A DNA stretch of 64,000 nucleotides from an uncultured Bacteroidota bacterium (GTDB lineage Bacteria; Bacteroidota; Bacteroidia; B-17B0; Aurantibacillaceae). Every line of letters begins with the position of its first letter. Position 1 is the stretch's first letter. Made by a program: the position numbers and the translations under genes. The DNA is taken from assembly GCA_903834765.1 (NCBI GenBank), contig CAILKE010000016.1:2686-66685 (forward strand). The letters are read 5' to 3'. Shown here piece after piece: positions 45,759-55,186 of the stretch. The notes beneath the pieces are model-generated. The model ran no database searches. It was not told the origin of the DNA and worked only from the letters and a program-made list of their open reading frames with translations.

Positions 45759-47126
45759 TTAATTTGAACCTTTACTCTTGCAATATTTATTTAAAGCATC
45801 AGTTGCAACTTTAAGTCCTTTTTCCGAAGCCTCTTTCCAATCCTTACAAGCACCATTATCCTTTAAATTGTATTTAGAAAAACCCCTATAATACAAAGCA
45901 GTTACTGAAAATTGAGAGTTAGATTCTATTGCTTTAGTTAGATCAGGTAAGGCTTCTTGATATTTCCCCAAATAACCAAATGCCAATCCCCTTTGTAAAT
46001 ATGTCCAATAATTTTCTTTGTTTAATTCAATAGCTTTAGTATAATCATCAATTGCCCCTTGATAATCTTTCGATCCACATTTAAGCAATCCTCTGTTTGC
46101 AAAAGCAAGGTCATTTTTTTTGTCATTCTCAATTACATAGTTGTAATCAGTCATTGCCAGTGATAACTCTTTCTTTGCCTGATAAACATTCCCACGTTCC
46201 ATTATGGCCCTAATGTTTTTTGAGTCATTACCAATAACTTTATTTAAATCGCTTAAAGCGTCATCTAATTGGTTTATTTTCAGTTCGAGAACTGCTCTGT
46301 TTATTAAATACTCAACATTGTTAGGTTGTAATTTGATGGCTTTAGTGTAGTCTTTTAGAGCAGACGCATCATTACCTAATTCTGCACTTGTTGCTGCACG
46401 ACCATTCAAAGCCTCATCATTATTTTGATCTAATTCAATCGCCTTATTGTAATCCTCAATAGATGCTTCAAGTCTTGCCATTAATCCTTTGCAATGCCCC
46501 CTTTGATAATAAGCTTCGGAAAATGTTGGGTTCAAAGAAATTGATTGACTAAAATAGTCAATTGCTTCATCGAATCGTTCACCTGTTTTTAGTCTCATTC
46601 CTTCTTTAAAGTAAGAGGTTGCTTGCGAGTTGTCATACTCTTTCATAACCTTTTCTTTTTTTAAACGATACTCTTCTAGTTGTTTATCATTAACGCTTAT
46701 TTCCGTAATATAAAAACTATACAAACAACCATTTAAAAACACTTTTGCTCCTGGCAAAAAAACAATTTCATCGTTCTTAGAGAGAGTAATCTGAAATATG
46801 AATTTATCTGTAATGTCAGCCTTTTTGTATTCGCTTAAATAAACAGGAAAAACCTTAATGTTTGGTCTTTCTCCCTCACAAACTCCAATCAATTTAAGAT
46901 CTTTAATAAGTTGTGCTGAGCAAAGAGAACCCATTTGATTTGGATTAAAAGAAAATTCGCACTTCGTGCTTTTTCCGGTTTTTAAAATCCAAACTTTACC
47001 ACTTGGAACAGTTTGATAATAATCTGATGATAATAGTATTTCGGTTTGAGACCACGCTTTTGTGAAAACAAACAAAATAAGAATTCCGCAGAATTTTACA
47101 ATATTATTTCTATAGATAGTAATCAT
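45759..47126 (-). CDS. TPR-repeat protein with N-terminal signal/anchor
   Basis: 'ILILFVFTKAWSQ' leader. At least 7 TPR units ('AYYQRGHCK', 'ALNGRAATS', 'YLINRAVLE', 'AFANRGLLK', 'TYLQRGLAF', ...). Confidence 0.8.
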   Translation of the reverse strand: MITIYRNNIVKFCGILILFVFTKAWSQTEILLSSDYYQTVPSGKVWILKTGKSTKCEFSFNPNQMGSLCSAQLIKDLKLIGVCEGERPNIKVFPVYLSEYKKADITDKFIFQITLSKNDEIVFLPGAKVFLNGCLYSFYITEISVNDKQLEEYRLKKEKVMKEYDNSQATSYFKEGMRLKTGERFDEAIDYFSQSISLNPTFSEAYYQRGHCKGLMARLEASIEDYNKAIELDQNNDEALNGRAATSAELGNDASALKDYTKAIKLQPNNVEYLINRAVLELKINQLDDALSDLNKVIGNDSKNIRAIMERGNVYQAKKELSLAMTDYNYVIENDKKNDLAFANRGLLKCGSKDYQGAIDDYTKAIELNKENYWTYLQRGLAFGYLGKYQEALPDLTKAIESNSQFSVTALYYRGFSKYNLKDNGACKDWKEASEKGLKVATDALNKYCKSKGSN

Positions 47127-47370
47127 ACAATGACTTATTTCAGGTTTAATTGTTGACGCAGTAGGGATAGAATAAACAACCGTCTCCTTGGTCTTGACTA
47201 TTTAATTCAGTTGTTTTCATAACACTAATCCTTTTAAGGCTTAAATTTAACGTATCTAAATTTAAGCAATTAATAACCTACGGTAAAAACAAAAACTACT
47301 ATAGTAAACAAAAAAAGGTATGCTTATAAAACACTAAACTATAAATAGTTCAAAAATATAAAAAGGAACC

Positions 47371-47410
47371 ATTACTGCAACATTTTCGATTACTGCAACA
47401 TTACTGCAAC
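47371..47410 (+). promoter_or_regulatory. Three direct copies of ATTACTGCAAC (putative arm-type integrase sites), island right end
   Basis: Copies at 47371..47381, 47389..47399 and 47400..47410, in the same orientation as the 4370..4391 pair. Confidence 0.45.
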
Positions 47411-47441
47411 AATTTTAAGCAGAAATAAGCGGAAGTAAGCA

Positions 47442-47523
47442 GAAAAAAGCGTTAATCTATTGATTATCAATAAAAAATCCCCTTCATTTAGTATGAAGGG
47501 GATTAGTTGGAGGTCCCGTCCAG
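47442..47523. repeat. Right copy of island-flanking direct repeat (overlaps the tRNA-Cys 3' end)
   Basis: Aligns with 4231..4311. Identical 14-nt core at 47510..47523. Confidence 0.75.
47476..47504 (-). terminator. Terminator hairpin following tRNA-Cys (island-borne copy)
   Basis: aatccccttcat-ttagt-atgaaggggatt. On the minus strand it is followed by a T run. Confidence 0.6.
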
Positions 47524-47581
47524 GTTCGAACTGGAGTAGCAGCTTTTGCAGAGCTGAGCCTAACCACTCGGCCACAGGACC
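47508..47581 (-). tRNA. tRNA-Cys: tRNA-Cys (anticodon GCA), CCA encoded
   Basis: Reverse complement GGTCCTGTGGCCGAGTGGTTAGGCTCAGCTCTGCAAAAGCTGCTACTCCAGTTCGAACCTGGACGGGACCTCCA. 7-bp acceptor stem; anticodon stem CAGCT/AGCTG with loop CTGCAAA; T-arm TCCAG-TTCGAAC-CTGGA. Confidence 0.92.
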
Positions 47582-47985
47582 ATTTTCGTAAATGGTTATT
47601 AATTGTTTTAATCAAATTCCAAGAACGGGTAGCAAATATAAGATTTTTTTAGCAATCTAGTTTAATTTTTATAAAAATTTGCTTTTACATTCTACTAATC
47701 TTGATATTATTATTCTTTTTAGAAATCGTTTGGAACAATTTTTTATGAGTGTCATCGTCTATATGGGTTCACCCAATCCCCTTTATGAATGTATATTCTA
47801 AATAAATAAAATATTTATTATTGAAATTTGAGTTTGTTGTTTTTTTAGCAAATATTAAAATAATATATATTAATAAATGTCAGGTTTTGTGAATTGAACA
47901 AATGAATTTGTAAGAAGGATTTAAAATAATAACGCCTGCAGTAATAAATTACAACAGGCGCTATTGGTTGTTTTTAATTTAAAAG

Positions 47986-48954
47986 CTATTCTTTAATAAA
48001 TTTATTAGCTTGTCCGGATTTTGAATCTTGAATAAAATAAACGCCAGATGTTAAGTTGCTCACATCAATTTTACTTAAACCATTAATTGTTTGTGTTAAA
48101 ACAATATCGCCTAAAACATTAGTAATAGAAATTTGAGTTTGTTCTTTTACTTCAATGTTTAAAATTGATGAAGTTGGGTTAGGAGATATGAATAAAATAT
48201 TTTGTTTTAAAGTTATTTTATTTATACTCGCCAAAGTAGGATTTAACTCATTAAACAAATCATCAATTTCAGTAGAAGTTAGTGCTTTATTATAAATTTG
48301 TATATCATCTATTTTTCCATTGAAAAAGTAGCCATTTTGTTCAGAGCTGTAGCCTGCAACCAAAGGGAAACCAGCAACATTAAATTGACCATTTTGAGCT
48401 GTTAAATCAGAATCAATAAATTGCCCATCAATATAAATCGATGAACTGTCTGAATATCTCTGATTTAACACAACATGGTGCCATGCTCCTGATTGATCAC
48501 CTGTTTCAGTTGCACGATAGCCACTACCTGAAGGGCTAAAAAAGCCCCATAACTTGTTAGAAGAACCACCAGAATATGGGCTTCCAATTACCATAATACT
48601 ATATTGATTGTAGCTACTTGTTGCTCCGCCTCTTTTATTAATTATAATTCCTTGTTGAGCTACTGTATAATAAACCCAAAGAGAAATTGAAAAGTCGTTC
48701 GCTCCAAATTGAAATTCTGGTTTATCGCCAAAATCTATATAATTATTTGTTCCATTAAAAGAGTAGGCCATGTTAGCATTTCCAAAACGGTCGGCAGTTA
48801 ATGTAGCACCATTTACGGTTCCATTATTTGAGCCTACTTCGTCGTTAGCATTTCCATTGTTAAAAGAGTACTTTGCAACTAGACCACTAGTTACTTGTCC
48901 AAACGAAATTGCACTTAGCCCTATAATTGAAAAAAATAGTAGAGTTTTTTTCAT
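47986..48954 (-). CDS. LamG/concanavalin-like domain protein with T9SS C-terminal sorting domain
   Basis: Signal peptide. 'FSISLWVY...GKIDDIQIYNKALT' is LamG-like. CTD 'ISPNPTSSILNIEVKE...GVYFIQDSKSGQANKFIKE'. Confidence 0.85.
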   Translation of the reverse strand: MKKTLLFFSIIGLSAISFGQVTSGLVAKYSFNNGNANDEVGSNNGTVNGATLTADRFGNANMAYSFNGTNNYIDFGDKPEFQFGANDFSISLWVYYTVAQQGIIINKRGGATSSYNQYSIMVIGSPYSGGSSNKLWGFFSPSGSGYRATETGDQSGAWHHVVLNQRYSDSSSIYIDGQFIDSDLTAQNGQFNVAGFPLVAGYSSEQNGYFFNGKIDDIQIYNKALTSTEIDDLFNELNPTLASINKITLKQNILFISPNPTSSILNIEVKEQTQISITNVLGDIVLTQTINGLSKIDVSNLTSGVYFIQDSKSGQANKFIKE

Positions 48955-49028
48955 GATATTTTATTTTAAATTGTTAAACAGGAAAGCTTTCTAAATAATT
49001 TTAGAAAGCTTTCCTGTGTTTGATATGA

Positions 49029-51209
49029 TTACTCTTTAATAAATTTAGTAGCTTGCCCTGATTTTGAGTCTTGAAAAAAGTAAACACCCGATGTTAAATT
49101 GCTCACATCAATTTTACTTAAACCATTAATTGTTTGTTTTAAAACGATATCTCCTAAAAAATTTATTACTGAAATTTGAGTTTGTTCTTTTACTTCAATG
49201 TTTAGGATAGAAGATACCGGGTTAGGATAAATTAAAAATATGTTTATAAATTTTTTTTCATTAACCTCAGTTGTTATTGGCAAACAAGATGTGTTTAAGA
49301 GGTTATTAAATGGGGCACCAACAAGATAATTGGAAGTTGCTCCATTTCTTGTAAAACCAGCTAAAGAACAATTGTAATTATTTCCAGAAGCATCAGATGT
49401 TGAGGTAATGCTTGTATTATTAGCCGTAGGAGTTCCTTCATTAAATTTATAATACGCTTTTAATCCTATTTGGTTTCCTGCTAATTCTGTATTCATATTT
49501 TGATTTATTTCAGCACAAGTTCTAGCAACTGTCCAAACTCTAGCATCATCTATTGTTCCGTCCCAAAATTGGCTAAGGGTTGGATGTTTACCAAAAGTCA
49601 AACCGCCTGAAGCTGTCGACAAGCCGCCTAAAGTAATTACAGAAGCAGTTAATACACCATTTTTATATGCTTTTAAAACCGTCCCATCATACGTTGCTGC
49701 CAAGTGATACCAAGTATTTGCTAATAAAGAGCCAAATGAAGCACCATAAAAATTATTTGAAGCATCTTGTACTGTTGCGCTTCCTCTATAAGTAAGAGTA
49801 TTATGGTCCCAAACAATACCCATGTTTGTGCCATACATTGGACCATTAAATTTGCCACTAGTTGGAATACTTGGACTTTTTGCCCAACATTCAAAGGTCC
49901 AGCTGCTTGTAAAATCACTGTATAATATACCAGTATTTAATACATCATCTGTTCCATTCATGTTTAATGAACTTCCACTTGCACCACAAACCTCAACCGT
50001 ACCTGTTGCCACACCCGACACGCAACCTAAAGCATTAGCACCTATTACCGTGTACATTGTAGTGATTGTTGGTGTAATAACACTTGAACCTGTGCTATAA
50101 GTATAGGAAGTTATCGGACCACCGATAGCTACTGTAGGAGAAATAGTATAACTACTACCTGAGCAAAAGTATCCCAAATCGTTTGATAAAACCGGGGTGT
50201 TTACCGTGCTAAAGGTAACAACCTGCGCAGGAGCATAACAACCGTTTACATCAGTTCCAAATACTTGTACATTCCAATTACCAGGGACATTAGCAGTTGT
50301 GATTGTGTAAATATTGGTTGCAGTGTTTGTTTGACCGGGAAATTGACTTGACCAACTATAATTAAACGCACCACTTGCTGAAAATGTATTTTGAGCTCCA
50401 CCACAAACGAGTGTAGCCGATGGGGTGACACTAACTGTAGGCAAAGCAAAAGTAGTAACAGCAACTCCTGAAGTAACTGCACCAGGGGCAACCCAGTTGG
50501 AAGCAGTACCTGACAATGCAAAATTAGTTAATGTTCCATTTCGATTAAAGCCTGAATCATCAAGGGCAGAAACAACCATCGTATTATTTCCGCCAGCTAC
50601 ACCTTGATTAAAATGATAATTTGTAACTAAACCTGGAGCTGTTGTAGCAATCTCACCATCTTTATTATTTATTATTTCCTCTAAACATAATTGGCGGTTC
50701 CAGATTCTTACCTCATCTAACTCCCCATTAAAATAACCTACACCAATAGCATTTCCACCCAAATGAAATTTGTTTAAATTTTGCCATATAGTGCCAATAT
50801 TAAATGCAGATACGGTTTCATTGCTGTTTACAGTAATTTTCATCTTCCCATTATTTTTTGCGCTGATTGCCACGTGATACCATGTTCCGGTAGTAACAGT
50901 AATGGTGCTAGTAAGAGTTCTCGCCGAGCCATCATAAAGATAGTGTTCAAATTTTCCACTTACTAATTTTATTTGGTGGGAAGCGCTAATTGAAGTTCCC
51001 ATATTATCAGTAGCAGTTATGATATTTTGATTATTTAAATTATTTAACTTAATCCATGCTTCAACAGTGTATTCGGTTAATACAGAATGAGGACTGGACA
51101 CGACTAAATCATTAGCTCCATCAAATTTTAATGCAGCCCCAACTTGCGATTTCATTGTTGTTTGCATACCCAAGCAAATGGAAGCAACTAAAAGTATTTT
51201 TTTAATCAT
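49029..51209 (-). CDS. Double LamG-domain secreted protein with Ig-like middle region and T9SS CTD
   Basis: Two 'W.H.A......k.Y.NG...DE/DD.R.W' LamG signatures ('ELDEVRIWNRQL', 'TIDDARVWTVAR'). The CTD is almost identical to that of 47986..48954. Confidence 0.85.
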   Translation of the reverse strand: MIKKILLVASICLGMQTTMKSQVGAALKFDGANDLVVSSPHSVLTEYTVEAWIKLNNLNNQNIITATDNMGTSISASHQIKLVSGKFEHYLYDGSARTLTSTITVTTGTWYHVAISAKNNGKMKITVNSNETVSAFNIGTIWQNLNKFHLGGNAIGVGYFNGELDEVRIWNRQLCLEEIINNKDGEIATTAPGLVTNYHFNQGVAGGNNTMVVSALDDSGFNRNGTLTNFALSGTASNWVAPGAVTSGVAVTTFALPTVSVTPSATLVCGGAQNTFSASGAFNYSWSSQFPGQTNTATNIYTITTANVPGNWNVQVFGTDVNGCYAPAQVVTFSTVNTPVLSNDLGYFCSGSSYTISPTVAIGGPITSYTYSTGSSVITPTITTMYTVIGANALGCVSGVATGTVEVCGASGSSLNMNGTDDVLNTGILYSDFTSSWTFECWAKSPSIPTSGKFNGPMYGTNMGIVWDHNTLTYRGSATVQDASNNFYGASFGSLLANTWYHLAATYDGTVLKAYKNGVLTASVITLGGLSTASGGLTFGKHPTLSQFWDGTIDDARVWTVARTCAEINQNMNTELAGNQIGLKAYYKFNEGTPTANNTSITSTSDASGNNYNCSLAGFTRNGATSNYLVGAPFNNLLNTSCLPITTEVNEKKFINIFLIYPNPVSSILNIEVKEQTQISVINFLGDIVLKQTINGLSKIDVSNLTSGVYFFQDSKSGQATKFIKE

Positions 51210-51307
51210 TTTTTTTAGATTTTATAATTTTACACAAATCTAAAATATAACTGTAGGCTAAAAAAAAGCGTTTTGTGAATGACGCATTTGAGTTTGTGAA
51301 TGGTTAT

Positions 51308-52081
51308 TTAATTTCCAATTTCCCCCAAAATTTTAAGAAATGAATTTCTTCTGTCGCGAGCTAAATCAACTTCTTTGCCATTTTGCATAATAATGGTTCC
51401 TCGTCCTGATTTGCTAAATGATGTCATTAAATTTAAATTGATGATAAACGAGCGATGAACTCGCACAAAATTTGCAGATGACTCTAAAGTTTGCTCAAAG
51501 TATTTCAAGTTTTTTGAAACTATTTTTTGTTTTTTATCAATTAAAAATATATGTACATACGAACCATCAGCTTCCAGATATTCAATATCATTTATGGTGA
51601 TATAATCATAACCATTTTGAATTGGAATGCAGATAACTTGTTTTTCGTTAGACTTTAAATTTTGCGATAAAGCTTTTAGTTGCTCTTGTGCTGTTTTAAG
51701 TTGAACTTGTTTTCTAATTTTTACAACGCTTTCTATTAATTGTTTTTCGTTGATAGGCTTTAATAAATAATCAATAGCCGATAGCCTGAAAGCATTAATA
51801 GCATATTGATTAAAGGCTGTTGTAAATATAATTTGACATTGGATATTTTCTTCTAGTAATTCTTCTGCTAGTTGAATGCCAGATTTTTCGGGCATATCAA
51901 TGTCTAAAAATGCGACATCAGGTTGATGAGTTTTTATGACTGAAATTCCTAAATTTCCATTTTCAGCCTCCGCTACAATATTAATGTCTGGAGCAAATTC
52001 TTGTAACATTAAGCGTAACAACTTTCTTGCTTGAGGAGCATCATCTATAATAACAGCTTTGATATTTAGTTTATTTATCAT
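51308..52081 (-). CDS. LytTR-family response regulator
   Basis: REC motifs ('AVIIDDAP', 'AFLDIDMP'). C-terminal LytTR ('FVRVHRSFIINL'). Confidence 0.9.
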   Translation of the reverse strand: MINKLNIKAVIIDDAPQARKLLRLMLQEFAPDINIVAEAENGNLGISVIKTHQPDVAFLDIDMPEKSGIQLAEELLEENIQCQIIFTTAFNQYAINAFRLSAIDYLLKPINEKQLIESVVKIRKQVQLKTAQEQLKALSQNLKSNEKQVICIPIQNGYDYITINDIEYLEADGSYVHIFLIDKKQKIVSKNLKYFEQTLESSANFVRVHRSFIINLNLMTSFSKSGRGTIIMQNGKEVDLARDRRNSFLKILGEIGN

Positions 52082-54965
52082 TTAAAGAAATAGTCAAAGT
52101 AACACTTGTACCTATTGCTATACCGTTAGCAATATTATCAATTATTTGTACACTAACAATATCTTTTTTATTTGTATTTAATAAGGCAATTCGTTTTGAG
52201 GTTGCATCAGTCGCAAATGATTGATGATTGGTTTTATTAGTTGAATTTAATTGAGCAGAAGCTATTCTTCCAATACCATTGTCAGTAATGGAAACTATTA
52301 AACAATTGGTATCACGGTTTATTTTAAAGTCGACATTTAATTCTTTTTTACCTTGCTTATGCTTTAATCCATGTTTAAAAGCATTTTCGACATAAGGCTG
52401 CACTAATAGGGCAGGTATTTTAATATTTGAAATTGCAATATCTTCATCGACAATGATCGAATATTTAAAGTCATCTTGGATTAACATAGCTTCTAATTCA
52501 ATATATAATTTTAATATTTCTATTTCTTCTAATAATTTAATATCGGGCGACGAACTATGAGTTAAAATTTTTCTAACTAAATCTGAAAAACTCGATAAAT
52601 AAAGTGTGGCGTTTTTTTTGTCGTTTTCATAAATATATCCTTTAATAGAATTTAGTACATTAAAAATAAAATGCGGATTCATTTGAGCCCTTAAAGCAGT
52701 TTCTTTAGATAGTTTTAATTGATGTTTGAGGTTAATACGTTCTAATTCAATAATTTGTTTTTTATGAATAACTTTTACGCGTTGCTTAAAAATAATAAGT
52801 GCAAGTAATAAACAGGTAATCCCAATCATAAGATAAAACCACCACCTCTGCCAAAACGGAGGGTTTACTGTTCCATTTATGAGAACAGAATTAATGGAAT
52901 CTTTTCCTAAATGATCTACTAATTTTATTTCTAAATTAAAGGGGCCAGAACTGAGAACAGGCAATTCAATTTGATTTATTTCTGCCGGTAAAAATATCCA
53001 AGAATTTTTGTAATTCAATCGATAAGCATATTGAAATTGATTTTCAGAACTCAAGGCCACAGCTTCTAATTCAATTTTTAATTCGTCTTTATATTCTAAA
53101 TTTAAATCATTGTTATATTTAATAATTGCATTATTTACAAAAATATTCTTAAGATATATTTTTGGTTGTGTTGTTTTACTTTTTGTATGTAATGGGATTT
53201 GCTGAACTCCTTTAGAAGTAGCCAGCCAAATATATTTATCGTCTACCGCTAAGCCATCAATATTATTGGATGCTAAACCAGATAATCTATTTTTAAGTTG
53301 CACTCCTTTATTTTTTAAATCATATATCCAAAGCCCTTTATTAGTTGCCGCAAATAAACAGGAATCATTTTCTTTTAATTGATAGCTAGTTGTGTTTTGA
53401 TTTAAAGTTGTGAGGATATGAGGAATTCTGTTGTTTTCTATTTCATAAACATCTCCGTTAAATGCTAAAGCATGTAATTTACTTTTATAAGATAGTGAAA
53501 TAATTTGAATACCATCAAGTTGCGTGCTAATAAATTCCCAATGGTTTTTTTTGAATTGATAAACGTCAATACCACTATTAGTTGCTACCCATAGCCGATT
53601 TGTAATTTTGTTGTAAGCAATGGATCTTGCCCATTTTTCATTTAAAATCTCTTGCTTTTGTTGCCTGTTAGGATTATGCCAAAAAGTGCCTTTTGAAGTT
53701 GCAATAATGTAACTATTCCCTATTTGCAATATATCTTTGGCTGGAGGAAGTTTCTCGCTAATGATTTTTGCTTTATTTTGCTTGAAAGTATAAACACTAG
53801 ATTGAATTCCAAAAAAAATAGACTGTTTGTCTTCAGCTAATGCAAGTGATTGTATATCCGACTTAGTAGTAAGTGAGAAGGTGTTTATACTATTATCATT
53901 TAATTTTAGTTCCCCAATTTTTCCATTAACTGAAGCAAAAAAAACTGAAGATTTAGCGCATACTACTTTATTAATTTTTGTAATCCCATTTGCATCATCT
54001 TTTATAATCCATAATTTATTAGACAATTCAGGTATTCTAAGTAACCCGTCATGAAGTGTACTAAGCCAGTAAGAATTCTCGTCATCCTTAATGCCGCACG
54101 AAAAAGCTTTGTCTTCATACAATAATTCACTTGTGTCATGTTTAATATCATAGATTATAATTCCGCTAAAGGTGTATATCCAAATACGATTTTGGTGGTC
54201 TTCTTCAACCCTGGTTATTTTTTTGTCTTTAAGAAGTGGATTTAAATTTTTGGAATAAAAGGGTTTTATGTTCCCTGCAACTAGGTGAAATATTTCTCCA
54301 TCAACTCGACTAAAAATAAATTTTTGTTGACTGTGAAATGCCAATTGATATTCGCCAGATACTTTATCCACAGACCAACTTAAAGGATAACACTTTTCAA
54401 CACCTTGGTCTATTTTAATTAAACCTTTTGGACCAATACACCAAAATACATTGTCTTTATCAATATAACATGAATGCGTGAAATTACCTGTTGGATATTT
54501 AGGGGTAGTTGCAAAATACGACCATTTATTAGTTTTATTTGATAGTGAGGTAATTCCTTTGCTATAGCTCACCCATAGATTACTGTTTTTGTCAATACAG
54601 ATGTTTGAAACCGATCCTTTATCCCAAGCATTCAATAGTTTTAAAGAGTCGTTTTCAATATAAAAAATCTGACCATTAAAATTATACATGTATATTTTAC
54701 CATCTATCGCTTTTTCAAGTCCAGTTAATGATCGTGATTTTTGCAGAGGATGTTTGTATTCAAAATAACGGATGCCATCATACCTAAATAATCCTGCATC
54801 TGTTCCTAGCCATATAAATCCTTTATTATCTTGAATGACACTGTAAATGGTTTGGCTAGGCAAGCCTTCTTCTGAAGTTATTTGAAAAGCAATAGGGTTT
54901 TGGGCATGTATAATCTGCGTTAGATTAAACACTAAAATAAAGCATATATAATAACTTTTTATCAC
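52071..54965 (-). CDS. Sensor histidine kinase with beta-propeller/Y_Y_Y periplasmic region and LytS-type kinase core
   Basis: Repeated 'W.gT..Gl' propeller motifs, one TM ('WWFYLMIGITCLLLALIIF'), 'QMNPHFIFNVLNSI' H-box, 'VENAFKHG' N-box. Overlaps the regulator gene by 11 nt. Confidence 0.88.
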   Translation of the reverse strand: MIKSYYICFILVFNLTQIIHAQNPIAFQITSEEGLPSQTIYSVIQDNKGFIWLGTDAGLFRYDGIRYFEYKHPLQKSRSLTGLEKAIDGKIYMYNFNGQIFYIENDSLKLLNAWDKGSVSNICIDKNSNLWVSYSKGITSLSNKTNKWSYFATTPKYPTGNFTHSCYIDKDNVFWCIGPKGLIKIDQGVEKCYPLSWSVDKVSGEYQLAFHSQQKFIFSRVDGEIFHLVAGNIKPFYSKNLNPLLKDKKITRVEEDHQNRIWIYTFSGIIIYDIKHDTSELLYEDKAFSCGIKDDENSYWLSTLHDGLLRIPELSNKLWIIKDDANGITKINKVVCAKSSVFFASVNGKIGELKLNDNSINTFSLTTKSDIQSLALAEDKQSIFFGIQSSVYTFKQNKAKIISEKLPPAKDILQIGNSYIIATSKGTFWHNPNRQQKQEILNEKWARSIAYNKITNRLWVATNSGIDVYQFKKNHWEFISTQLDGIQIISLSYKSKLHALAFNGDVYEIENNRIPHILTTLNQNTTSYQLKENDSCLFAATNKGLWIYDLKNKGVQLKNRLSGLASNNIDGLAVDDKYIWLATSKGVQQIPLHTKSKTTQPKIYLKNIFVNNAIIKYNNDLNLEYKDELKIELEAVALSSENQFQYAYRLNYKNSWIFLPAEINQIELPVLSSGPFNLEIKLVDHLGKDSINSVLINGTVNPPFWQRWWFYLMIGITCLLLALIIFKQRVKVIHKKQIIELERINLKHQLKLSKETALRAQMNPHFIFNVLNSIKGYIYENDKKNATLYLSSFSDLVRKILTHSSSPDIKLLEEIEILKLYIELEAMLIQDDFKYSIIVDEDIAISNIKIPALLVQPYVENAFKHGLKHKQGKKELNVDFKINRDTNCLIVSITDNGIGRIASAQLNSTNKTNHQSFATDATSKRIALLNTNKKDIVSVQIIDNIANGIAIGTSVTLTISLNDK

Positions 54966-55186
54966 AACTATATTTAATAGTAAAAAAACTCTAAAATCAA
55001 TTTATTCAGAGGGCTTTTAGAAGTCATTTCCAACATGGAGTTAGTTTAGCGACGATTACTTGATAATTACGTCTTTGGCCAAAATACAATTTAGTTACAG
55101 ATTTTCTATTATTTTAATTAAAATCCAAGAACGTGTAGCTAAAATAAGATTTTTTTAGCAACTTAGTCTAATTATTATAATAAAAT

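Larger units (their letters stand above)
4298..47523. mobile_element. ~43-kb integrated genomic island at tRNA-Cys (defence cargo plus replication/integration module)
   Basis: Intact tRNA-Cys at the right end and a 14-nt tRNA 3'-end copy at the left end within ~80-bp direct repeats. Tyrosine integrase and excisionase-like gene near the tRNA-proximal end. Repeated ATTACTGCAAC motifs just inside both ends. Confidence 0.7.

Noticed and set aside
4298-47523. Interpretation of the island as a prophage
   Set aside because: I could not recognise a terminase, portal, capsid, tail or lysis gene among the ORFs. Only replication, integration and defence functions are visible. Profile searches are still needed to exclude divergent structural genes.
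49721-50966. ORFs 49721..49918, 49822..50100, 50246..50521, 50425..50607, 50781..50966; also 60455..60793, 61367..61699, 8801..9001, 26139..26444, 29399..29659, 32409..32591, 38580..38777, 40496..40678, 42557..42796, 43253..43573, 48770..48994, 53827..54054, 55490..55690
   Set aside because: These are alternative-frame or antisense ORFs nested in well-supported long genes. They are common in repeat-rich or compositionally biased coding DNA.
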